Below, one piece after another: positions 1 through 12,150 of a DNA stretch of 64,000 bases. Source of the DNA: Octopus vulgaris (Eukaryota). Location: positions 65,410,001 to 65,474,000 of the forward strand of contig OX597814.1 in the NCBI GenBank assembly GCA_951406725.2, given 5' to 3'. The notes beneath the pieces are model-generated. The model worked only from the letters and a program-made list of their open reading frames with translations, ran no database searches and was not told where the DNA came from. Position numbers and translations under genes: made by a program. The stretch's first letter is position 1. Each line of letters opens with the position of its first letter.

Positions 1-431
1 CTAAATGCAACAGTAACACCCCCACCACCCTGCCCTGTCCCTAGCCATATTCAGATGGCTTTAGTCCCTTATGATATCGAGCAGTTACTGTCTATATCTC
101 TTTTAGAGAATTATTATTGCTTTCGAACAGATTTTCGAAATCAGCAAATGTATTTTGCTTGAAAATCTATATATGAATATCCTGCAGAGTGAGAGTTCGT
201 CGAGGAAGCGGAAGCCTACCACACGCCGACGATAGGCAATACACCTTGAAACCATGGTCCGTGTGTGGTTTCCGCTTCATCGGGGAATTACCTCCCTTTG
301 CAGGATAAGGACACCGTGACGGTGTCGAGCCTTTCTGGTGACGTCGATGTTCGCCTGGGGCTAAATGCAACAGTAACACCCCCACCACCCTGCCCTGTCC
401 CTAGCCATATTCAGATGGCTTTAGTCCCTTA

Positions 432-437
<6 letters not shown>
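1..437 (+). repeat. 360-bp tandem repeat unit (one full unit plus 77 bp; probably continues left of the window), retrozyme-like
   Basis: Bases 1-77 are identical to 361-437, giving a period of 360 bp. The repeat ends abruptly in (TA)n and the unit contains a hammerhead ribozyme fold. Confidence 0.85.
196..288 (+). ncRNA. Type I hammerhead ribozyme (variant core)
   Basis: Stem I CACACG(220-225)/CGTGTG(260-265); core CCGACGA(226-232); stem II AGG/CCT around loop CAATACA; GAAA(248-251); palindromic stem III ACCATGGT(251-258); GTC cleavage triplet(257-259). Distal stem I GAAGCGGAAGCC(205-216)/GGTTTCCGCTTC(267-278). It deviates from consensus at U4->C and a U-U at the base of stem II. Confidence 0.75.
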
Positions 438-468
<31 letters not shown>

Positions 469-1497
469 AAAGCATATATATACATACATACATGTATGTG
501 TATATCAGGCTATTTATACATGTGTGTGTATTTATATACATATATAAACGTATTTATACAAACAGAGACATATACACCCGCGCGGACGCAGAAGCGTACA
601 CATATATATATATATGAGTATGAACGCATGTGCGTGTTTGTTTGCCTGAGTATGCGTGTTGTGTGTGTGTATTTGCTGTGTGTGTGTGTCTGCGTGCGTA
701 CAAACATATTCGGCACACTTAGTACTATCAGTGTTAGGAAGGAACAAAAGGCGAAGACAAATTAATTATATTCAGCTAAACGACTACACGTGTTTTACAT
801 AATATGAATCAATGTAAGCGTGTTTCGTAGCAATAGTACAATGTGCAAGAAACATGTCCCTATTTCTTCCACATGTGCAGCGTGTAAATATATAAATAAC
901 AATGTATTTTCGTAGGTGAATACACATACCTACAAATATGATAAAAACATATATAACACAATCGGCATTGAAATATTCTCATAACACACGAGCGCACACC
1001 CACACTCACACACGCACACGTATATATGCGTGTGTGTGTTTGTGTGTGTGAGTATGTATCTGTGTGTGTGTACGACATCTATATATGTAACTATTTTGAA
1101 ATACAAATATATATATATATATATATAATTACATCCACATAAACACATACATATATATAAATTTTGTTTTTGTAAGACACACACCAATAAATTTAAGCAT
1201 ATACCCACACAATCTCCCTCTCCCTCTCTCTCTCACTCGCCCTCTCCCTCTCTCTCTCACTCCCCTTGCCCTCTCTCTCTCTCACTCCCCCTGTCCCTCT
1301 CTCTCTCTCTTACTCCCCCTATCCCTCCCTCTCTCTCTCCCTCTCTCTCTTACATAGACACACACATACAAACACTGACGAACTTATTAGTTCTACCATA
1401 ACTATCTATATATCTATCTTCTGTCTGTCTGTCTATCTAGCTCTGTCCGTCTATATCTCTATCCCTTCGTCTATCTGTCTGCTGTCTGTCTGTGCGT

Positions 1498-1654
<157 letters not shown>

Positions 1655-1762
1655 GCAGCCAGTTGCCTGCCTTCACTGAGGCACACATATTTATATTACT
1701 TCACATCCATAAATCGTGCTTGTACATGTAAATATATGTGTTCATGAATGTACGTGATGTTA

Positions 1763-2800
1763 ATTAGAACCTCGTATTACGAGAGCACCATTGTACGAGC
1801 AATTTGCTGCACGAGCTTCGGCTCGTGCAAATTTTTGTCTCGCAATACGAGAGGAAATCCGCAGTATGAGCGAGTTTCATACAAGCGACTGCTAGTCGGC
1901 ACTGAACTCGCACATGCTCTCCCAACAAGCGCAGTCTCCGCTCACTCAGTTCATGTATTTATCTCGTTGTGGGAGCGTCCCTGTTGTATTTTTCCCAGAG
2001 TATTCCTGTTGTTTTTTTCCCAGTGTTTTTGTTTAGTTTTGTGCATATTTTGCTATTATTTTATAATGATTAGTTGTGTTAGTCATGAGTCCTAAGAATG
2101 TTAGTGAAAAGAAGGAAGAGCTGATTACGATAGAATTGATGAAGGAAATCATTGATAAACATGAGAGAGGAGTGCATGTAGTGGATATAGCACGTCAATA
2201 CTACCAAAGCAACATCGTGAAGAAAAAGACGAGATCAAGGCCGTTACAACAGCAGAGGATGTATCCAAGCTCTTTAAACACCACACATCTGTCCACAAAA
2301 GAATGGAAAAATTGTTCCACCTGTGAGTCAACGAGAGTTAGCGCTCAGGGTATACGATTACGGAGACCATCATCTTCGAGAAAGCACGAGCATTGTATGG
2401 GGATCTTCTGAAGCAGAACCCTGGAACATCGACGGTAGAGACACCAGCTGATGCATTTAAGGTCAGTCGCGGCTGGTTTGATAATTTTAAGAAGTGGATT
2501 AGTGGGTGTTCATATCGTCGTCAGGTATGGAGAAGCAGCGAACTCTGACACGAAGGCAGCTGAAGATTTCGTGCGTACATTCCGTCAGCTCATCGTAGCC
2601 GAGGAGTACATTACACAATTGGATTGAACTCTGATGAAACTGGCCTTTTTTGGAAATAACTGCTAAGGAGAAGAACATACCAAGCTACAAGTCTATGAAC
2701 GATAGGTTAACTCTCGCCCTTTATGTCAATGGGAATGGGGACTTGAAAGTTACGCCACTTCTTGCCTACCATTCCGAAAAACCACGAGCCTTCTAGTACT
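1763..2800 (+). mobile_element. Decayed Tigger/pogo DNA transposon (CENP-B-like transposase pseudogene, 3' truncated)
   Basis: Translations across frameshifts: MSPKNVSEKK..ITIELMKEIIDKHERG..DIARQY, FKVSRGWFDNFKK, GEAANSD, DETGLFW, DRLTLALYVNGNGDLKVTPLLAYHSEKPRAF. A TIR-like start TAGAACCTCG lies near 1765. Confidence 0.88.
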
Positions 2801-3384
2801 TTATTGGGGCTTTGACCCCTATTTCTAAACAGGTTAGACGCCCAGTGTGTCCTTACACTTACTGTTAATTTTAATTTTATATCTATTTGATGTTATTTGA
2901 TACCTGTAACCACCTGTATTGTTGCAGTTATTATTATCAATATCTTATATTCAGATAATATATATGCAGATAATATTAACAATAATAATATTTCTATGAG
3001 TGTTCACATCTGAATATTCACTCCGGTGCATAAGATATTTGAGAACAGATTTATGTTTATAAAATAAAAAGAGATATATAGTAACAGATAGATACTTTAT
3101 CAGAAATTGTTATGAATATAAAAGAAAACCTTTTCTATAACATTATTCAATAAATCAACCTTCAACTTCAACAACTGCTTCTAAATGTCGGGAAATTGGT
3201 CAATACCAAACCATTATTTAAATTGCAATACATTTTGACCGATTTGAACACTGCTTGACATTGTTGCTTGAATTTCTTAAAATATAGACAAAACAAAACA
3301 GTGTACCTTTATTTCGAAATGAAGCATAAAAATGCGCTATTCACTAAATTAATGATGTGGTGACTAAATCGCCACCTACTCCTG

Positions 3385-3454
3385 GCCATCGTCGTGGTGT
3401 CGTTTTTCGTCGTCGTCATCGTCATCATCGTCGTCGTCGTCGTCGTCGTCGTCG

Positions 3455-3496
<42 letters not shown>

Positions 3497-3531
3497 ACAG
3501 CATCATCATTAACATCATCATCATCACCATG
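3385..3531. repeat. Compound (CGT)n/(CAT)n trinucleotide microsatellite
   Basis: Visible directly; it explains the poly-Met/Thr and poly-Val/Ile ORFs. Confidence 0.95.
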
Positions 3532-3999
3532 ATACATACACTCCCACCGATAATTATTAAATGTTACTTACAACCGAGGTGAGATTGGCGCAACATGAAC
3601 CATTATTTTTTGTACTAACCCAAACATTTAGAGAATATTATGTCTTCACTCAATGTTGAATTCAAATATCAATGAATTAATCATAACCTTTCATCATTGA
3701 GAGGTCGCTAACCTTAGTGGTGTTCATATACTGTTGTTAGTATAATTGCATACACTCCTTTCACATAAAATACATCAGAGCAAAATCAAAATATTTTCAA
3801 TAAGAAACCGTCAAACACCCGCATAGAGAAACATACGCAGTACACTGGCACAGGGAAGCATATACACATAACTATACTCTTACATAATAACACACTATAT
3901 TTGTATATAAATATATTTGTGTTTGCATCTAGTTATTCTTTATTTACCAATGTTTCTATAATGTATCCGTCTATTTTACACGCTACAATACATTCTCTA

Positions 4000-4171
<172 letters not shown>

Positions 4172-4469
4172 GTCTGTCTGTCTATCCAGCTAGCTAGCTA
4201 TCTGCCTATCTATCCATCTATCTACCTGCATGATTACCATCTGTCTATCCATCCACCCATCCAGCCAGCCAGCCACACGAACATACTCACCCTCACACAT
4301 ACCTACATACATACCTAGCTATCTACCTTCCTACATACCTGCCTATCTGTCTATCTCTCTAAATATGTATGTATGTATATGTATATATTAAGTATGTATG
4401 TATGTATGTATGTATGTATGTATGTATGTATGTATGTATGTATGTATGTATCTATCTAGCTAGCTAGCT

Positions 4470-4629
4470 AGATAGTGTAGCTAGAGGTGGCAGGGCGGTC
4501 CGCTCCGGGTGACACTTTTAAAGGGTCCCCCCTTTTGGATCTGCTGTAAGCAATATGTGTTTTTTGTGGGGTTCGGGACGGCAAACGGAAGGGCCGCCCC
4601 GAGTGGCACACACTCTAGCTACGCTACTG
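4470..4629. mobile_element. Small GC-rich MITE
   Basis: TIR-like TAGTGTAGCTAGAG(4473-4486) and CTCTAGCTACGCTA-CTG(4613-4629). The GC-rich body sits inside tetranucleotide microsatellites. Confidence 0.6.
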
Positions 4630-5359
4630 TATCTATCTATCCATCTCTCTATCAACCCGATTCTCTATTTCAGTTATTTCCAGTGTCCCTCTGGTGGTCT
4701 AATTGGATGGTAGAATACCACTTCACACCTCCATTTACATATCTGTACAATTTTACATGCAACAATCGATATATTTATCAGATCAACTGTCCATTGTATA
4801 CAACTGCGTGCACACACACACGTGTATTTGTATGACTTTGTGTATGTGTGCATGTATATATGTATGCTGGTTTTCACGCATGCATGTATTAATGTATGTA
4901 TATCAATTATTGAATCTCGGAAACGAGATACCCATTGCCTTTTAGAAAACCGTAAGTTCTACAGCAGCGTTTTACAAACTGCAACCCACAGCAGGAACCA
5001 CAATTTGCATTGCGACCTATGTCTAATAAATAATTACTGACGTGTAATAAATCTAAGAGAAACTCTATTCCCCAGGCTCATCTATTTAGCATCGACAATT
5101 TATATGTATCTTTCTTATATTCATAAAACCATGTTGCAAGTATTCCTCACTATAAAGTCTTGTTACTTTCATCTTCTTATTTGGTGTCTCAAAATGTCTC
5201 AAAAGAAGTCAACATTTGCTTGTTTAACATTATCATGTTTAACAATGTTCGTGGAAGATACATTTCCAGATGTATCTGTTAATGTTAATGATCCTCCTGT
5301 GCTTTCATCGTTCTTCTTTTTCCGAATGATATAAAGATCCATCATTGGGGGTGTTTCAG

Positions 5360-5407
<48 letters not shown>

Positions 5408-5485
5408 CAAAGTGCAGTTGAAAGGTACCGCACGAGGGGAAATATATATGAAAGAAGGTTTGGAAATGCAATTTTAAAGATGTTC

Positions 5486-5581
<96 letters not shown>

Positions 5582-6524
5582 TATATACACATACATATAC
5601 ATATATCCACATATGTATATATATATATATACATATACATATTATACATAAAGTTAGTGAAGCATCGTATCCATTTGTTGAGAGTTTATATTTCAGGACA
5701 GGGATCTTTCATAAAATATAAAAAGGATGAGTACAAAACCTTATTAAATATGACTTAATATAGAAAAAAATAGCCGACATCCACATTACTCCTAATTTCC
5801 GAATTTTGATTATATTATCCCTATTTAGACTTAATATATCAAAATTTTTTATAAATGACTGATAGATACAAAATTCGAAAGCGTATCTAATAGAAGCACT
5901 CGTGAGGACATATCTACGCCGACCTGGTACGGATCGTGATCTCTTGACAAACAAGACAGATAAACTCAGTGAGAAAAGATAAAATATAATGCGAGTTTAC
6001 CTTAATGTCTAAAAGTGCGGAGAGTAAGTCTGAGTGAAATGAAATAAATTGTAAAGACTGAGGAGAAATAGAAAAGTTACGCTATGTAAAATTAATAAAA
6101 ACTTATAAAAAATATAATAATTATGTTATGTAAAAAAACTGTTGACAACTAGCCATTCAAGACGAGGCAGTGTGTGTTTGTCGATTGCCAGTGTTGTTGA
6201 TGACAACTAGGTATGAAGATTTAATCTAAACTTGTTTGATATTTAAGGATTCAAGGTAAAAAGAGAGGCAGTGGGAGAGAGTGAATGACTGTCGATTGCC
6301 TTGGACAAAACTTTGAAGATATTTTAACTGCGATAACATCCTTTTTGTATATGTATAATAAATTCATAATATTATGAACTATTATGTTTTGAGTGGTAAA
6401 GCCTGCTTTGTCATGAGAGAAATCGGTAAAACTAGCGATGATTTACCAGTGCTGTGCAACATTTAGAGTTGTTTATATTCTGCACTTTACACACACCCAC
6501 TTGCGTTTTTCTTCCTTTCCTTTG

Positions 6525-6593
6525 TTGTCGCGACCCATTTTATTTATCTCGCGACCCGCTGAAAGGCCGAGACCCACAGTTTGAAAAACGCTG
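6525..6593. mobile_element. hAT (Charlie-like) MITE terminal fragment
   Basis: Repeated subterminal TCGCGACCC motifs ending in CAGTTTGAAAAACGCTG, typical of hAT ends. A similar end, TTTGAGAAACACTG, lies near 41078-41091. Confidence 0.55.
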
Positions 6594-6830
6594 CTCTACA
6601 GCATTCTTTCAGTGCCACTTTTTGATTCGTTGGACATAATTCAGAATTTTATTATGTGTGTGTTTGTGTGTGGGTGTGTCTATGTATATATGTATGTTGT
6701 TATATATACATATAATTATATATACATATATATATATATATGAATATATATAATTATACATACATACATGTACATATTCACAATTATACATTCGTATATG
6801 TATATATGTATGTGTGCGTGTGTGTATGTT

Positions 6831-6867
<37 letters not shown>

Positions 6868-7910
6868 ATGTATATATACATGTATGTGTATGTTTATATA
6901 TATATACACACACAAACGCGCGCTCACGCACAAATACACGCACGCACACACATATATACATATATATATGTACTCATACACTTACCCCCACTCGTGCACG
7001 CATACACATATACACACATGCATATATACATATATGTGTGTGTTTATGCCTTTTGTTTCTCTTATTCTGTCTTCTATTTTCCATCTACCTAATTGGCTAT
7101 CTATGCATCTTTCTTTCTGTCTTTCTATCCTTCTTTGATACTTTCCTTTTTTATTTCTCTCTTTAACCAGCTGATGCAATTAGATTACTAACGTAAGTAT
7201 GTGAAAATCAGTGTATGGTTTGATCCCACCTAGACCCGTGTGATTCTGACCGTATGACATTAAAATACGGAGCAAGTCAGCATTCGAGGCGTTCTATTAA
7301 TTTCCTCATTTATTTATTTATTTTTATTGTTTTTGCTCGTATTTTATATTTTGCTTTACTTTTCTTTGTTTTGCTGCTTTAACCTCTAACCTAGACACAC
7401 AGATCACAGAATGACAACTCACATAAGAATACAAACACGAATGCACGCCGAGAAACATAAATAAAAATAAAAGATAACGTCATTTCGCACAACTATCAAC
7501 TTCGCAATCCATTAGCGACTAAGATAATTTAGCGGCAAACAGGATAAGATTAAAGACCGGTGGTTCAGGCAGTATGTGATTAAGGTCGTAATGAAAGATT
7601 AGCCATATGTTGCAGATCTAATGATGAAAAGTAAATCCGACCATCGCGAAGATAATAAAAATAATAACAAAAATCAATTTAAAGAAAATGAAAAGTAATT
7701 TAAACATCATTAACAAAAAATGTATTGAATTTATAAAATTGAAAATACATTCTAGATTACTAATTATTTATTACATACACACACACACATTTAAATCTAT
7801 ATCTATTTCTGTCTCTCTTTGTATATATGTGTGTGTGTGTGTGTAATATAAATAATATATATGCACATATATATAATAATAATATATGCATATATAAATG
7901 TAAATATACA

Positions 7911-7934
<24 letters not shown>

Positions 7935-7941
<7 letters not shown>

Positions 7942-8110
7942 GCATATATGGGTGAAGGACGTCACTGACAGTGAACAAGATGAAATGCGAAAACAAATGT
8001 GTTCAATACGCAAACAACGAGAGACACAAATGGAAAATAGGACAAGTGATATAAAGAACGGACCCTCATCAGTTGTCGGCTGTCTGTCTACTCCTCATTT
8101 CGGCCAATGA
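7935..8110 (-). mobile_element. Penelope-like element terminal fragment (family also at 18965-19105 minus and 47785-47955 plus)
   Basis: Shared motif GAGTAGA..AACTGAWGA(A)GGG followed by a T-rich tail in three copies, each beside a microsatellite. The Penelope assignment is inferred. Confidence 0.45.
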
Positions 8111-8677
8111 ATGGCAATATGATTCTTCAAAGACAGTTGCTCCCATAAGTGCCAAAATAAAATTTGGGATTTATGGGGGGACAAAGTTGGCAGAAAGCAG
8201 GGCAGTGGAGACATACAACGAAAACAAGCGAAAACAAACAAGGAAGGTCGTTAGACTAGAACGAGGGTAAAATAGCGAACGCTGGAGAGATATTTTCTTT
8301 GACAAGAGAAAAGATAGAAGAGTGAAATAGGATACGTCCAGTATTTTGGACTACCCTGAAAGAAAAGAAAGATGATGGCGTGAGGAAAAGAAAGATTGAC
8401 GATAGTCACGTGTGAGCAATGAGAGAGAGTAAAGAAGAACGAGGAAGGAAGAGACAGATAGAAAATGGCGAAAGGGAGAAAAAAAGGAAATTAGAGAAAG
8501 GATGAGAGTGAGAGGGAGTATGTGATAAATACCTTTAATACTAACAAGAGCATAGTATGATGGAGATTGGGGGTGTTATTTCTAGCAAATTGAACAACCA
8601 CACTATGTTGTTCAATTGGCTCATTTGTTGATATGTACAAGTAAACAAAAACTAAAAGACACGCACACAATCCCACC

Positions 8678-8748
<71 letters not shown>

Positions 8749-9159
8749 TCTATATGTATGTGAGCGATAAGTATCGTGTGGTGGAAATAAACGCAACTTT
8801 CTCATTCTATATTTTTTGTTAAGTTAGAATTTGTCTGTTTTGGTCAGGATTTTTTCAATTTCTGTTTTCTTGTGTCGACCAATTGACGAAAGAATTTTTA
8901 AAAAATTAAATTCATTGAGCCGAACAAAGTCAAAATTATATTAATTCTATTTTTTCCCTTTACTTTTTACTTTTCTACAATATAGTTAATTACCACACCC
9001 TATATACTGAGATGGGAGCGATGACCTCCCCTCCAAAACACTAATAGGACACAGAATGTGTGTCATTATCTAGCTGGAGGAGATGTCTTCCTGGGGCTAT
9101 AAACGACAGTAGCACTGTCCTGTATAGAACGCCACACATGATTAGCAACATATGTTACG

Positions 9160-9225
<66 letters not shown>

Positions 9226-9239
9226 GTATATTTGTTTAT

Positions 9240-9450
9240 ATACAGTAAATCCCAAAAAGAACAAATACAAATAATCAACAACGCGAGGACGTGCTACGTG
9301 TAATTTATCAGCAGACGCTCAGGAAAAGAAAGAAAGATGCTTTAACGTTTGGAGCAGACGCTCTTCTTTGGAGACAGGGGAAAGTTCCCAAGAAGGGAAG
9401 ACGGAGGAAGAAAATCGCCAGCGATTCACATGTAGTTACATTTTGTATTG
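9240..9450 (-). mobile_element. Penelope-like terminal fragment with degenerate minimal hammerhead motif
   Basis: The minus strand reads AGAAGAGCGTCTGCTCCAAACGTTAAAG, homologous to motifs at 11783-11815 and 31931-31963. It abuts (TA)n. Confidence 0.5.
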
Positions 9451-9469
9451 ACCAGAAGGGAATGGGTGA

Positions 9470-9605
9470 AGAATATTTTAGTCGAATGGAACGATCTCAA
9501 TACATTTTTTTTAGCCTATCACTTAATCTTTTCTTTTTACCGAACCGCTAAGTTCTGGGGACGTAAACACACCAACACCACTTGTCAGGCGGTAGTAGGG
9601 GACAA
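9470..9605 (-). mobile_element. SINE family A, 3' half
   Basis: CCGAACCGCTAAGTT..GGGGACGTAAACACACCA is shared with 23810-23870, 31280-31330 and, on the plus strand, 12030-12100 and 14960-15030. Confidence 0.75.
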
Positions 9606-9731
9606 ATGTGTGTCTGTTCTACATGTTTAGATATGCTTATTATTATATAGAAATATATAATACCATATATATATTTTCCAAGCCTTCTCTGACTAAATCA
9701 GCTTATTACTGCAGTTGTCACAATCATAATA

Positions 9732-9765
<34 letters not shown>

Positions 9766-10509
9766 GTACTACTATCACTACCTACAACCATTCCACCACC
9801 TCCACCACAATGAAACCTCACCTGTCACCACCATTATCACCAATACGATATGTTTTTCTTACCTTCATCTCCACTATATTTCTCCAGCAGTCTTAATTAG
9901 AGAATACGCCGTCCCCTAATATGGGGTGTGTATGTGTGTGTAAGTGTGTGCACTGTATATGTTTCTATGTGTGCAGTGGTATGTTTTGTGTTGTGTTGTT
10001 TAATTCGCGTTCGTGTGTGGTGTGTGTTGACTAAACCGATAGCTTTAATTAATTTACACAACAACAGAATGTACACGCAGACACATGTGATTTTGTCTCT
10101 TTTTTCAGTAGCGCATTAATTATACGATTTCTCCAACTGTAAAAATGCATAACCATGCTCATTGAATTACATATAATTCGCTCATCAGATATGCATTTTT
10201 AAAAGCATCGATATACATTTTCTTGTATGTTTTTATGTATCTATCTGTCTATACACCCAAACACACACACACACATATGCACGGATATATGCACACATAT
10301 AGAAATACATATTAATATATATACATATGTCTCAATACGAAAATAGTAATGTTACATGTATGTGTGTATGAATATGCATGTATATGTATATGCATATATC
10401 GATCGATACCCACACACATGTATGTATATATACTTACACACACACACATACATATATACATATATATATATGTAGATATATTTGCTTATATACATACATA
10501 CATATACAT

Positions 10510-10590
<81 letters not shown>

Positions 10591-10864
10591 CAGAGATTTA
10601 TTTATGTATATATCTAATTATATACGCATGTCTATATATATATATATTTGTGGGCATATATACACGTATATCAGCGTTGACATACACGCATATTGTTCTA
10701 GAAATATTATATTATTTAATATATGATAGTATGGCGACCACGACAGTGATAGTGATGACGATGCCTACAAGAGCTGTGATAAAATGGCTCAGTGTATAAA
10801 AAGTGTTGAAGAGGTTCTATTCTTTATGCAGCCAACTTAGTATATCTCTAAGTTTTAAAATAAA

Positions 10865-10913
10865 GCTGCTACCACTACTACTATTAATACTAATATACCA
10901 CCACCACTACCAT

Positions 10914-10991
<78 letters not shown>

Positions 10992-11085
10992 GATGATCAC
11001 CACCATCACTATTACAACTACTAGTTGTAGTAGTGGTTGTAGTAATATTAGTAGTAGTAGTAGCAGTAGTATTAGTAGTAGTAAT

Positions 11086-11160
<75 letters not shown>

Positions 11161-11195
11161 TGTTGTTGTTGTTGTTGTTGTAGTAGCAGTAGTCA
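10865..11195. repeat. (TAC)n/(CAC)n followed by (TAG)n/(CAG)n/(TTG)n compound microsatellite
   Basis: Visible directly; the two halves are largely reverse complements. Confidence 0.93.
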
Positions 11196-11493
11196 AAGTT
11201 ATTAGTGAAAAATAAATCGATGAAAATTTAAGAATAACAAAACTAAAATATTTCAATAAAAAATGCTTAACATCAAAATAAAGGAAAGAAATAAGCCAAG
11301 AAAGAAGAAAAACCATGTAGGATACTTCACGTACCCTACACCCACCCCGGATTACATTGCCACAAGAAATACAAGTGCCATTTGCCAATTCCTATTGACC
11401 ACAAAGGAAAAGACGATACATTCAGTCACAGAAATGTTGTTACTTCTACCAACAATCTTGGAGGGCATACGAACAACACTTTCCCCATGTATA

Positions 11494-11900
11494 GACGCAG
11501 GCGTGGCTGTGTCGTGAGAAGCTTGCTTCCCAACCACATGGTTTCGGGTTCAGTCCCATTGAATGGCACCTTGGGTAAGTGCCTTCAACTATAGCCTCGG
11601 GTCGACCAAATCCACGTGAGTGGGTTCGGTAGACGGAAAGTGAAAGAAGTTTGAAGTATATTCGGCAGACTGTGCTCTCCGCCACTCCGCTGCGTTGCCG
11701 TGCATGGCCTGCATTTCGCCGAGAACGCTAGCCACTGTACCTTTTTTCTATCTTCTCTACCTGTTTATTTCTGTGTTCTTTTCTGTCGAAGAGCGTAGGC
11801 TCGAAACGTAAAAGACTTTCTCACTTCGCGATGGTTAAATTAATACATCTGTTTGTTACTAACACACCCGTTTTCGTCTTTTGTTTTTTGTAAATTCTCA

Positions 11901-11938
<38 letters not shown>

Positions 11939-12150
11939 GGGGGGGGGGGTTGTGTGTGTGTATGTATATATATGTATGCATGTATGCATGCATGTGTATC
12001 TGTGTGGGGGGGGTCATCCTTTTCCCACCGCTTGACAACTGGTATTGGCGTGTTTACGTCCCCGTAACTTAGCAGTTCGGCTAGAGAAACCGATAGAATA
12101 AGTACTGGCATCGATTAATTCGACTATAAATTCTTCTAGACGGTACACCA
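11494..12150 (+). mobile_element. SINE family A (tRNA-like head, internal microsatellite, 3' half) interrupted by a Penelope-like tail fragment (~11660-11905)
   Basis: The head has an A-box-like GTGGCTGTGTCGT, a B-box-like GGGTTCAGTCCC, and GGTAGACGGAAA-TGAAAGAAG. The 3' half starts CGCTTGACAAC near 12028. The same two-part layout occurs at 23700-24107 and 33556-34300. Confidence 0.8.

Noticed and set aside
240-295. Antisense hammerhead-like string CCGATGA-AGCG-GAAAC..GTT overlapping the plus-strand ribozyme (possible ambisense pair)
   Set aside because: Stem II cannot pair and proximal stem I does not form. The motif is explained as the complementary strand of the plus ribozyme's extended stem I.
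167-765. ORFs 167-388 (minus) and 265-765 (plus) over the 360-bp unit
   Set aside because: No recognisable domain, and the longer one runs into microsatellite. RNA structure explains the sequence better.
5199-5340. Non-repetitive minus-strand peptide IIRKKKNDESTGGSLTLTDTSGNVSS
   Set aside because: No recognisable homology or convincing splice sites, so it cannot be supported as an exon.
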